A stretch of DNA of 64,000 bases from the IMG/VR virus record IMGVR_UViG_3300012984_000010. One strand, given 5' to 3'. The stretch is from a virus (taxonomy: Duplodnaviria > Caudoviricetes). Below, piece after piece: positions 1 to 8,220 of the stretch (position 1 is its first letter; each line of letters starts with the position of its first letter). The translations under genes and the position numbers were made by a program. The notes beneath the pieces are model-generated. The model saw nothing but the letters and a program-made list of their open reading frames with translations. It made no database searches and had not been told where the DNA came from.

Positions 1-357
1 CGAGGGTGAGTTGAGGGTGGCGGTTGTGATGACGGGAGCGGCCAAGCTAGCTGGTGTGACAGTAGCTTGGGTGATAAGACCCGCTCGAACCAATTTCGAG
101 ATCTTACCGGAAGCGGCCGAAAGGATTACCTTCTCGGTCTCCAACACGTCAATGTAGCCAGCAATGGTGGCATCCCCAATCTTGGTGCGAGGGATGTAAC
201 AAGGCTGCTTGGGCGAATTGGCGTAACCATCCCGCCTGTATGCCTTCGGGTCCCCTCGGCTGCCTAGACGATGAACGCTCTTATTGGGAAGACCGTCGTC
301 AATGTCGTCAACACGAATGGCGCCCGAAACTGTCTGGTTGTGTGTAAGCCTCAGCAT
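1..357 (-). CDS. Probable structural protein, N-terminal part (runs off the window start; not in ORF track)
   Basis: Manual translation from ATG at 357: MLRLTHNQTVSGAIRVDDIDDGLPNK...TTATLNSPS, open to position 1. SD GAGGAG and the late-type motif lie upstream. Confidence 0.75.
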   Translation of the reverse strand, partial: MLRLTHNQTVSGAIRVDDIDDGLPNKSVHRLGSRGDPKAYRRDGYANSPKQPCYIPRTKIGDATIAGYIDVLETEKVILSAASGKISKLVRAGLITQATVTPASLAAPVITTATLNSPS

Positions 358-386
358 GCAATACTCCTCGCTTGTGGATCAAAAGC

Positions 387-395
387 GATAAAAGG
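387..395 (-). promoter_or_regulatory. Late-type motif CCTTTTATC
   Basis: Recurrent intergenic motif placed just after a stop codon and upstream of the next start. Confidence 0.55.
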
Positions 396-399
396 AACC

Positions 400-1047
400 T
401 TAGAGTGGTAGATAGTTGGTGAAAGAGGCCGAAAATGCTACCGTACCTCCGACACCTCGAACCAATAGGGTGTCGGTAGGGCCGTGGAAGATGGTGAGTG
501 TCTCTTGAGGAGCTACCTGCTGTTCACCACCGCTAGCCAGAACTGCAATGTATAGATTGCGACCGCCAGTGGCCTCCTCATTCTTGATATACAGGTCTTG
601 AGTTGTGAACGGCAGGTCCAATTGTTGGGCGTTGGCCAAAGCCGCCCCCTGAGGAGCCGTCCCAGAAATCAGGATTCGGCTGGTGCCGTAATGCTCTGAA
701 TCGGTCAACACAAGGGTTGCTGGACTGGGCGTCCCAGGAGTGCCTGAAAAGTCCAGGGGCACGAATTTCAGCCAGAAATTCTTGGAGTCAAACACACCTG
801 CCCCATTGTAGGTGTCCGGATTGAAGACAATTCGGATATGGTCCCTGTTGTTGACGCTATGCAATACAGCAGGGTTGATGGTTGGATCAAGAAAGCCAGA
901 ACTGATGTCGGCTGTCATCAAAGTGGTGAAGGAACCATCGAAATTTGCAGCTCCTTGAAGGCGGTAACCCTTTACATTGGGTTGTTTCGGAGTAAGCAAG
1001 TCCACAATGCCCTTACGACGCCGAATGATACTGAAACTTCTAGCCAT
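400..1047 (-). CDS. Hypothetical virion protein (beta-rich)
   Basis: 215 aa ORF abutting its neighbour, in the late module. Confidence 0.6.
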   Translation of the reverse strand: MARSFSIIRRRKGIVDLLTPKQPNVKGYRLQGAANFDGSFTTLMTADISSGFLDPTINPAVLHSVNNRDHIRIVFNPDTYNGAGVFDSKNFWLKFVPLDFSGTPGTPSPATLVLTDSEHYGTSRILISGTAPQGAALANAQQLDLPFTTQDLYIKNEEATGGRNLYIAVLASGGEQQVAPQETLTIFHGPTDTLLVRGVGGTVAFSASFTNYLPL

Positions 1048-1463
1048 TAGGATGTGCTCCGTTCCTTAGAAACAAGCGGCTGATAAGTGCTAGCTGAATC
1101 CTCCCCTTTGGTGGTCCGGACGTGATCCTGTACATCCGACCAAGAATGAGCCTCCTGACCCTGGTAATTGGGAATCAACCTAGACTTGAATACATGGTCC
1201 TTCTCTCGTTTGGCCATGTCGACATTCCGTCCAGCCCGATATTTCTTCTCTTTCCCTACCTTAGAAGCCCAACCACCACTTGCCCCATCCTTCATGACAA
1301 ATCCTATGTCCCCAGGATTGAACACTAGTTCGAGGGGGGCTCCGTCAGCATCGAGCAACACTTGAGTTCCCGCCTTGACTTCTTCGTATGTGGAGAAAGT
1401 GAGGCGTCTAGTTACGAGGGTACCATCAACCGTATTCTTGAGAGTGTAGGTAGGCATTTTCAT
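1047..1463 (-). CDS. FmdB-like (zinc-ribbon-type) protein lacking the cysteines
   Basis: N-terminal MPTYTLKN...GT and later PGDIGFVMKDGASGGW follow the FmdB pattern MPxYxYxC..CG / PxFxFKGSGW. Confidence 0.45.
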   Translation of the reverse strand: MKMPTYTLKNTVDGTLVTRRLTFSTYEEVKAGTQVLLDADGAPLELVFNPGDIGFVMKDGASGGWASKVGKEKKYRAGRNVDMAKREKDHVFKSRLIPNYQGQEAHSWSDVQDHVRTTKGEDSASTYQPLVSKERSTS

Positions 1464-2317
1464 TCTTTCTGGGTTTTGAGGGCTTTCTTGACCGCCCTCT
1501 GAGCTTTAGCTTTGGGGATTTCCCAGCTCTTGGTGAAGCTGAGGACCGATGCCACGTGTTTGCAGACTCGGTTGTCCCGTTCAGGATCTTTGATGTCCGG
1601 GGTAGAGGCAGTGCCCACCAAGGGACCTAGCTGATACCCTTCCTGCTTGGCGTGGAACTCTGGTCCCAACCATTGCCAAGCTGGACACGAACACGACATC
1701 TCAAGATCCAGTTTCCCGAAGGCAATCACATTGCCAGGTCGAGACGCCTTGATTTTGACCGCCTTAGGGCCGTTCCCACAGTCAACTGCGAAGATCCATC
1801 TGAGATTGCCCAGATCAGCCCTTTTGAGGGTGGTGGAGCAGCTGGTGGCTCGCTGCTTGAACTGTGAGTCCAAGCCCTCAAGGATTTGCTCTGGCACAGC
1901 CGCAAGCTTGACCCCATTGGCAGGTTTCAGTGTTTTGGAGTGGGCTGACCCCAATTTCCACAGCTCAGCGATAAAACTAGCGTTGTGGGTGTTTGGGATA
2001 CCATCTCGGTAAGGGTAAGGACTAGTATCTCTAGGCTCCGGTTTTCCTAACCCATTATAACTAGGTTTTGCTTGAGAATGATCGATCTGATCGGGATTAG
2101 TTTGGTCTTTGGTCAGATCGTCAGGACTTTCTACCCGATAGATGGACTCGTCTTTATTCTCAGGCTTACGAATGTCATCTACAGGTTTTGAAAATGTTGA
2201 CGAGCCAGGGATCCCAGGGTCAAGGGAGATCCCCTTTTGCGCAGGTTCGCCTCCTGGCAGCTCAGCTACTGCAAGAGTTTCGCCGTAAGGCGGACGAGAC
2301 ACAAGGGGTTGGGCCAA
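1460..2317 (-). CDS. SWIM zinc-finger protein
   Basis: SCSCPAW...RVCKHV (CxC-xn-CxH). Confidence 0.75.
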   Translation of the reverse strand: MAQPLVSRPPYGETLAVAELPGGEPAQKGISLDPGIPGSSTFSKPVDDIRKPENKDESIYRVESPDDLTKDQTNPDQIDHSQAKPSYNGLGKPEPRDTSPYPYRDGIPNTHNASFIAELWKLGSAHSKTLKPANGVKLAAVPEQILEGLDSQFKQRATSCSTTLKRADLGNLRWIFAVDCGNGPKAVKIKASRPGNVIAFGKLDLEMSCSCPAWQWLGPEFHAKQEGYQLGPLVGTASTPDIKDPERDNRVCKHVASVLSFTKSWEIPKAKAQRAVKKALKTQKE

Positions 2318-2319
2318 CG

Positions 2320-2619
2320 TTATTTGGCCTTCTTTTTCAGATTTCGTTCCAAACTCTCAACAGCATTGAAGGCTGTGCCTATCTCGTGATCCATCTCATA
2401 CAGTATCTTCTGTACGCGACGTACATCTGGGTCATCGTAATTATCGGTGTACGACACACCAGAAGCATCGTTGCCCACATCAGACAGCATCTGATGAACT
2501 TTCCGGATCTTGACTCGTGTCTCAATCAAGCTATCGACGCTTTCCTTCATGGCCTTTGAGAGCTTGTCGAAAGAAGGGGCCGCCGCAGTGAGGTCGTAGG
2601 AGTATTTGTTAGACATCAA
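2320..2619 (-). CDS. Hypothetical helical protein
   Basis: 99 aa ORF tightly packed between neighbours. Confidence 0.6.
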   Translation of the reverse strand: MMSNKYSYDLTAAAPSFDKLSKAMKESVDSLIETRVKIRKVHQMLSDVGNDASGVSYTDNYDDPDVRRVQKILYEMDHEIGTAFNAVESLERNLKKKAK

Positions 2620-4116
2620 TCAGGCCTTCCAGATCAGATCATCGACAGAGGCCGTCTTTGCAGTCAGCCCGTCCTTGATGGCTTGAAACATAGACGGCTT
2701 GACCCAATCTTTGGCCTTCCGATCCGCCTGTTCTTTGGGCAGTTTACCTTCGATCTGAAACAACTTGCTGGCCATCTCTCTTACAGATTCTTGCCAACCA
2801 CTCTTCTGCATCAAAGCCGACAAGCTCCCCATACCGATCTCTTTTTCGTGCTTCTTGAGACGCCGAACGAACGAGTCTTCAACTCCACCCGCTTGCTTGA
2901 AGTTGTCCTTGTTCTGTTCGTTCTGTTCTTCCCACTCTTTGGCATCCTCCGGACTCATGTTCTGAGTAGGGTCGGCCGACTCCCCTTCTTGGAAACGGGC
3001 TGCCTTGAACTTGTCACCATACTGGTCAGTGTTGTCTTTCCACTTGGCAGCATCGTCCTTGTCCATGTTTTCAGTAGGGTCAGCTGGCTTGCCTTCCTCA
3101 AACTTGGTCCGCTTCTCCTCGGTGGCTTCCACGTCCCAAGCAAGCCCTTCTGAGGCCATGTGAGCCATTTCAGCGGGGTCCCCTTTTCCATGACTAATGG
3201 TGGGGAGCGCCTGACGAATCTCTCGTTTGAGAGCTTCCGATTTGGTGGTGTCCAAGCCACCCATCTGAACCAAGAGTGTCCCAATGTCGTCAACGATGAA
3301 GAAGAGTTGCATGAAAGCGGGGCGCCAATGCTCCGAATTAGCAGCCCTCATGGCCCTCATGGCCTTGTCCTTGATACCTTCAAACAAGGCAGGAATAGAT
3401 GGGGAGAGTTGAAGAGCTGTCTTGGACTGCCCTTCCTCATCCGGCTGTTGGGCCGCCAAGCGTACCGCATCATCAACCGTAGCTTCCATCGCTACCCGAC
3501 GAACCACCGCCGCCAAACGAACCCTGCTCAACGGCTCTTGGTTGGGATCTTCCAACATCTCAGCCAGCTTCTCCAACTTATCAGCTGCCGTTATCTCTTG
3601 AGAGGCGGTGACGCCTGGCGGGTCAAGTTTGGTCAAGAAAGCGGCAACCTCGTGTACAGGTATTTGACCTTCTTCACGGGCAATACGGACGAATTCTCGG
3701 AGCTGTTGAGCGGCTTGTTTGGGGTGCATAGCAATATCCTGGGTTGGAAACGAACGATGTGGGACGGTCCGAATCCTAACCTCTTGTAGGACCCGTTCTA
3801 ACTCTTCTACCTTTTCAGGGCGTAACTCTTGCTTGAGTTCTTCGTAATCGATACGATCCGCCGCCAATGCTACAGCCTGCAAAGCCTTCTGTAGTTTGAA
3901 TGCCGACTCAGGGATCCCCCTGATCAGATGGCCCGCCACCTCGAACAGATGATCCTTTTGATCGGACCGTTCGACCAGTTTCACAGCCTCATCCACGTAT
4001 CGAACCAACTGATCGCAACGCAAACGAGCGTCCCCAAGCTCCTCTTGAAGATAGAGAATAGGGGACGCTGTTTTTGAATGACCTCGATTGAGGCACCTGT
4101 CAGTAGGATCAGTCAT
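2620..4116 (-). CDS. Probable internal head protein with a 36-aa tandem repeat
   Basis: 498 aa, charged and helical; repeat FxEGxxADPTxNM; many K-x-A motifs. Confidence 0.55.
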   Translation of the reverse strand: MTDPTDRCLNRGHSKTASPILYLQEELGDARLRCDQLVRYVDEAVKLVERSDQKDHLFEVAGHLIRGIPESAFKLQKALQAVALAADRIDYEELKQELRPEKVEELERVLQEVRIRTVPHRSFPTQDIAMHPKQAAQQLREFVRIAREEGQIPVHEVAAFLTKLDPPGVTASQEITAADKLEKLAEMLEDPNQEPLSRVRLAAVVRRVAMEATVDDAVRLAAQQPDEEGQSKTALQLSPSIPALFEGIKDKAMRAMRAANSEHWRPAFMQLFFIVDDIGTLLVQMGGLDTTKSEALKREIRQALPTISHGKGDPAEMAHMASEGLAWDVEATEEKRTKFEEGKPADPTENMDKDDAAKWKDNTDQYGDKFKAARFQEGESADPTQNMSPEDAKEWEEQNEQNKDNFKQAGGVEDSFVRRLKKHEKEIGMGSLSALMQKSGWQESVREMASKLFQIEGKLPKEQADRKAKDWVKPSMFQAIKDGLTAKTASVDDLIWKA

Positions 4117-4174
4117 ACACGCCCTTTTAGGATTCGCCTAAAGGGCGTGCACAAGAAGACTAGGGAAATTCGGG

Positions 4175-5335
4175 TTATCCGACGAACGCCTCTGGGAACT
4201 CCTCAACCAACCGATTACGGACCTCTAGATCTGTCTCGGCCGCTGCTACTGCCCGAATCACGTCCGGACGATCCTCATAATCGGCCTGTAGACGGGCAAC
4301 TTTCTTACGAGGAGCGTCGTCAAAGTTGTAATTATCCGGAAAGTCTGGGCAAATCGACTTAGCGATGCGACGCCTAGAGTCTGTAGCTGGAGGATTTACG
4401 GTCGCCACTACCCTGGTGGGGGCTGGGGCCGTCTGTTTGGCAGCTACCTTTTTGCGTGGACCATTGGTATTGGTGATCTTGATACCATCAATCTCAACCA
4501 CTTCGACATGATCGGCACCAGCTCCACCGGTACCTCCCAGGTCGAAAGTCTCAATCCCATTCCCCACCGTATTGGTGATGTTGAAGCCGTCCTTGTCCTG
4601 ATTTTTCAAAGCCGGAGCCCGTCCGACCACTCGACGTTCCAGGATCGCCTGATTGGCGGCACGCTCCCGCAATGCCCTAGGGTCCTCTTCAACCTCCCTA
4701 GCTGATCGAAATGCCTCAACTTCAGCCAAATAAGCTTCTCGCTCACCCTCTGGCAAACTATTGGCCAGATCTTCACGGGTACGGCCCACGCCTGGCTGGA
4801 CCTTGATCTTCTCAGCCTCTCGAATGGCCGCCCCAGCATCATCAAGATTGGTTCTGTGGACAGTAGCTGAAGAAAGTGTCCGAACCGGAATCCCTTCTTG
4901 TGAGTCAGCCGCACTGGCGTGACGTTGCCCACGAGGTGCGGTATTGAGTTGTCGAGTCTTTTGAGCGTGAGCCTGGACGTTGCGAACCTCTCGTTCCTCA
5001 GCGTCTACAGTCGTGACCGCTATTCTGGGCTTTTGAGGATCCATCGGATTGCCACCATCAGGATTCCGCATCGAGATCCCAGCCGAGATGGGTTGTAACG
5101 TGATGTTCGGATCGTATTCAGCTTCTGGGACAATCCAACCCATAGATATGGTACCGCGCAACTTAGGGACTGGCACTGGAGGGTACCCGTCCAGCGTTAC
5201 GCTCGTACCATCGAAGTCCAACTCCATACCTTTGGAGATGTTGAAACTCTGATTGTTAGGCAACCCCACAGAGAAAGTACGGGTTGCAATGAAGCGAATC
5301 GGAGTGCCAGGTGTGAATTTGATTGGTTGACTCAT
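4175..5335 (-). CDS. Hypothetical late protein
   Basis: 386 aa ORF with SD GGAG upstream. Confidence 0.65.
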   Translation of the reverse strand: MSQPIKFTPGTPIRFIATRTFSVGLPNNQSFNISKGMELDFDGTSVTLDGYPPVPVPKLRGTISMGWIVPEAEYDPNITLQPISAGISMRNPDGGNPMDPQKPRIAVTTVDAEEREVRNVQAHAQKTRQLNTAPRGQRHASAADSQEGIPVRTLSSATVHRTNLDDAGAAIREAEKIKVQPGVGRTREDLANSLPEGEREAYLAEVEAFRSAREVEEDPRALRERAANQAILERRVVGRAPALKNQDKDGFNITNTVGNGIETFDLGGTGGAGADHVEVVEIDGIKITNTNGPRKKVAAKQTAPAPTRVVATVNPPATDSRRRIAKSICPDFPDNYNFDDAPRKKVARLQADYEDRPDVIRAVAAAETDLEVRNRLVEEFPEAFVG

Positions 5336-5402
5336 TTAGATACATCTCCCAGAAGCCAAAGACGAAGCAGGCCTCTAAAGGAGAGTGTAGATAAATGGAT
5401 AA

Positions 5403-5621
5403 TCAGGCGGGAGGGTAACGCCAGCTACCTGGTTTACCGTCCTCATCGTAGTCCAAGGGTGGGCTAAAGAAGATGCCGGTTGGGTTTAGGATACAGAGTC
5501 GCACCTTCCCATCTGGCAAGACTTCTGTGACGATGGCCGCTCGGGGGACCGACAGGTATTCTCCCCCTGGAGTCCCATAGGCCTGATAGTGTACCGAATC
5601 GCTTATTTGAGGCTGACGCAT
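5403..5621 (-). CDS. Small phage hypothetical protein (SH3-like beta barrel)
   Basis: PQISDSVHY...RAAIVTEV...VRLCILNPTGIFF resembles a common small phage protein pattern. Confidence 0.65.
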   Translation of the reverse strand: MRQPQISDSVHYQAYGTPGGEYLSVPRAAIVTEVLPDGKVRLCILNPTGIFFSPPLDYDEDGKPGSWRYPPA

Positions 5622-5660
5622 CTACCAATGCTAGTAGATTGCGGGCAGGAAATCAAATCA

Positions 5661-5834
5661 TCACTTATGCTTGAACCATTCGACTTGTTCCAAGCGCTTC
5701 TCGGCTTCACCCTTCGAATCGTAGCAACCGCCGCTCCAAGAACCGTTGTCAGGCGAGCGCACGCAGTATTGACCCTTTTCTTTGCGGATCACGGCCTCTT
5801 TGAAGCGGGCTACAACGGAACGGGGCGAGATCAC
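5661..5834 (-). CDS. 57-aa protein (not in ORF track): MISPRSVVARFKEAVIRKEKGQYCVRSPDNGSWSGGCYDSKGEAEKRLEQVEWFKHK
   Basis: Manual translation from GTG 5834 to TGA 5661. It fills the gap between two genes, and its N-terminus closely resembles that of ORF 26015..26401. Confidence 0.8.
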   Translation of the reverse strand: MISPRSVVARFKEAVIRKEKGQYCVRSPDNGSWSGGCYDSKGEAEKRLEQVEWFKHK

Positions 5835-5840
5835 AAGGCC

Positions 5841-6488
5841 TCAGTGCCCCCAACCAGAAGACGTCTCATACTTCTCTTTGCCATCCCATTTGCTGGCATG
5901 ATGACCGTCGATCTTAGTCCCATTGGGGCCAGGAATCGAACGTTCCGCGGGACCATGGAAGCTGTTTGGCACAGCAACAACATAGCTAGCTCCCTGGGAC
6001 TCACGAACGACCTTTGAACCAATCGGCCTCGTGACGATCACTTTACCCTTGACTTCGACCACCTGAAAGAAGTTCACGTTCGTTTGGTCGTAACCCCACG
6101 TGCTATACAGGATGTCGCCCACCACAAAGCCGTGAACGTGGTTCTTACGGTCATCCACACGCTTCTGCTTGAATTCCAAGCTCAGCTTACGAGATTTGAC
6201 CGTTTCATCGATCTGACGTTGACGATTGGCGTCGCTCTTGAAAGAGTAGTTCCAAAGAGGCTTGTTCTGCTTGGCCGCAAACGCAATCGCGTAGAACTTG
6301 CCTTGACCTTCCCACTGCCAGATCGCCAAATCCGTGCCCTCTGGGGTGAGCGGAGCTTGATCCCTCACCTCTGCAGGTAGGTAGATCGACCTAGGCATCG
6401 TGAAGTTGGCTGCCGCCTTAAACCTAGCTGCCACGCCTTTGGCAGAGGCTTCTTTCGGAGACTTTTCTGTCGCGTTGATTTCAGCCAT
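5841..6488 (-). CDS. Phage hypothetical protein with GDILYSTWGYDQTNVNFFQV domain
   Basis: Start moved to ATG 6488 (SD AGGA); ORF track starts at 6506. Confidence 0.7.
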   Translation of the reverse strand: MAEINATEKSPKEASAKGVAARFKAAANFTMPRSIYLPAEVRDQAPLTPEGTDLAIWQWEGQGKFYAIAFAAKQNKPLWNYSFKSDANRQRQIDETVKSRKLSLEFKQKRVDDRKNHVHGFVVGDILYSTWGYDQTNVNFFQVVEVKGKVIVTRPIGSKVVRESQGASYVVAVPNSFHGPAERSIPGPNGTKIDGHHASKWDGKEKYETSSGWGH

Positions 6489-6508
6489 GTTCCTATAACG
6501 GCTCAAAT

Positions 6509-6516
6509 CATAAAGG
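6509..6516 (-). promoter_or_regulatory. Late-type motif CCTTTATG
   Basis: Same recurrent motif. Confidence 0.55.
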
Positions 6517-6548
6517 ATTAAGGAGGTTGAAAAAGATAGGCCAGTCGG

Positions 6549-7199
6549 TCAAATAGCCCAGTCGATAGGAGCCTCCCCGATCTGCTGAAGGGCCGCATTC
6601 ACTTTCGAAAAAGGCTTGGATCCAAAGAACCCGCTAGAGGCCGACATAGGGGAAGGGTGGGCCGACTCGATGATGGTATGCCTGGAGTCAATCAGGTCCT
6701 TCTTGGCCCTCGCATGACGGCCCCAAAGGACGAAGATGACCGGTTTCTCTCTGGAGCTGAGGGTTCGAATCACCTCATCAGTGAACTGTTCCCAGCCCTG
6801 CCCCTGATGTGAACCCGCCTGATGAGCTCGGACCGTCAAAGTGGTGTTAAGCAACAGAACTCCTTGGCGACACCATGGCTCCAACCAACCGGTCTTTGGT
6901 TTCTGGATCTCTAGGTCTTCCACCAGCTCCTTGAAAATATTGCGCAAGCTAGGAGGTAGTTGGGTGCCTGGTTGAACCGAGAAACTAAGCCCATGGGCCT
7001 GACCTGCCCCATGGTACGGATCTTGCCCCAAGATCACCACTTTGACATCATCGAAGGGCAGCTTGAAACAATTGAACGTATCTTGTGGGGGAGGAAAAAC
7101 AGGACCACGCTTCCGCTCAATGGCAACGAACTCAACCAACTCCTTGAAGTATGGCTTGGTGAATTCACCCGACAGGCGTTGCTTCCAAGAAGAATCCAA
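6549..7199 (-). CDS. ung: Uracil-DNA glycosylase, family 1
   Basis: VKVVILGQDPYHG, GLSFS, GVLLLN and HPSP motifs. Confidence 0.97.
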   Translation of the reverse strand: MDSSWKQRLSGEFTKPYFKELVEFVAIERKRGPVFPPPQDTFNCFKLPFDDVKVVILGQDPYHGAGQAHGLSFSVQPGTQLPPSLRNIFKELVEDLEIQKPKTGWLEPWCRQGVLLLNTTLTVRAHQAGSHQGQGWEQFTDEVIRTLSSREKPVIFVLWGRHARAKKDLIDSRHTIIESAHPSPMSASSGFFGSKPFSKVNAALQQIGEAPIDWAI

Positions 7200-7202
7200 T
7201 CC

Positions 7203-7538
7203 TCACCCTACCTTCAACCTAGCGGTATCCAGGATGGCCTGGAACTGCTCGGCTGGCAACAGCTCACGAGCTGTGGTCATGAAGCAGTTCTCCAGACTCC
7301 CTTGAGCGGCCTTGTTCTTCTGTCGCAACAGCAGCTGGATCTGCTGACATTGGCGACCCTTGCTCTTCAGTGCCCACTTGGCCCTACCCCACCAGTCCGA
7401 ATCGGCGAACTCACCCGTCTCTCTCGCCTTCGCCTGAGCGGCGTCAATTTGAGCTCGGATGGAATCGATGTCGGATTCCAGTGTTAGCTTTATTTGTAAC
7501 AGTTCTTCAGCTGATTTGGCGACGAGATCGTCAGGCAT
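7203..7538 (-). CDS. Small coiled-coil hypothetical protein
   Basis: 111 aa ORF preceded by a CGGTGTA motif. Confidence 0.7.
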   Translation of the reverse strand: MPDDLVAKSAEELLQIKLTLESDIDSIRAQIDAAQAKARETGEFADSDWWGRAKWALKSKGRQCQQIQLLLRQKNKAAQGSLENCFMTTARELLPAEQFQAILDTARLKVG

Positions 7539-7547
7539 ACGGTGCTG

Positions 7548-7554
7548 TACACCG
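7548..7554 (-). promoter_or_regulatory. CGGTGTA promoter-like motif (leaderless spacing)
   Basis: TA at -11/-10 relative to ATG 7538. Confidence 0.6.
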
Positions 7555-7591
7555 TCATCGGATGGCCATATTGGCCAATTGCGGCGGCTAT

Positions 7592-8194
7592 TTAAGCCTT
7601 GGACAACAACATCTTGTCCATTTGTGCGGTGGCGGCCCGAAGGTCCTGCCTAGCGTCAACCATTCTCTGGATAACCTGACCCAGCTCGTTGAACCAAGGA
7701 CGTAGCCTAGGGCTCTCGTCTACAGCGAGGTCTTGACAGAGGTTGACAGCCTCAGTGAAACTGCGATCGGCACCCTTATCTACCTTTGGAAGAATGTTTC
7801 GATTCAACAGATCGGCCAACTGTTCCTTCTTCTCTTGCAGTTCGGGATTTTCGGTCAAGTAGTCGGCAGTACCTTGGAGGAAATGAACGGCGTTTCGAAC
7901 GGCAGCCTCAATCCCACGTTGGTCTTGGGCCCTAGCAGCATCCATTCCCTGTTCGATTGCTGAAAGAACATGATCAAGGTGCTTCTTGGCGGCAGTATCG
8001 TCAATTTGACGAGATGCGTCCTTGATCTGGTCCACCACATCATCAAAAGCTTCCAAAATAGCCTTAGTGTCGTGAGTGCCGTCCCGCATGTATTTAGCAG
8101 CAATGGTGTTCAGACTGGTCTTAGCTTTATCAAGCTTTGACCGAATGTCGTTCTGAGCTGTAAACCGGCGGACGATATTTTTGGCTTGCGACAT
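7592..8194 (-). CDS. Helical hypothetical late protein
   Basis: 200 aa; late motif upstream; N-terminal SQAKNIVRRFTAQ. Confidence 0.65.
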   Translation of the reverse strand: MSQAKNIVRRFTAQNDIRSKLDKAKTSLNTIAAKYMRDGTHDTKAILEAFDDVVDQIKDASRQIDDTAAKKHLDHVLSAIEQGMDAARAQDQRGIEAAVRNAVHFLQGTADYLTENPELQEKKEQLADLLNRNILPKVDKGADRSFTEAVNLCQDLAVDESPRLRPWFNELGQVIQRMVDARQDLRAATAQMDKMLLSKA

Positions 8195-8210
8195 GATATC
8201 TGGGTAAGGC

Positions 8211-8220
8211 TATAAAAGGG
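8211..8220 (-). promoter_or_regulatory. Late-type motif CCCTTTTATA
   Basis: Same recurrent motif. Confidence 0.6.

Noticed and set aside
5831-6022. Minus-strand 63-aa ORF in the track
   Set aside because: It lies almost wholly inside the 5841..6488 gene in another frame; the neighbouring gap is better explained by 5661..5834.
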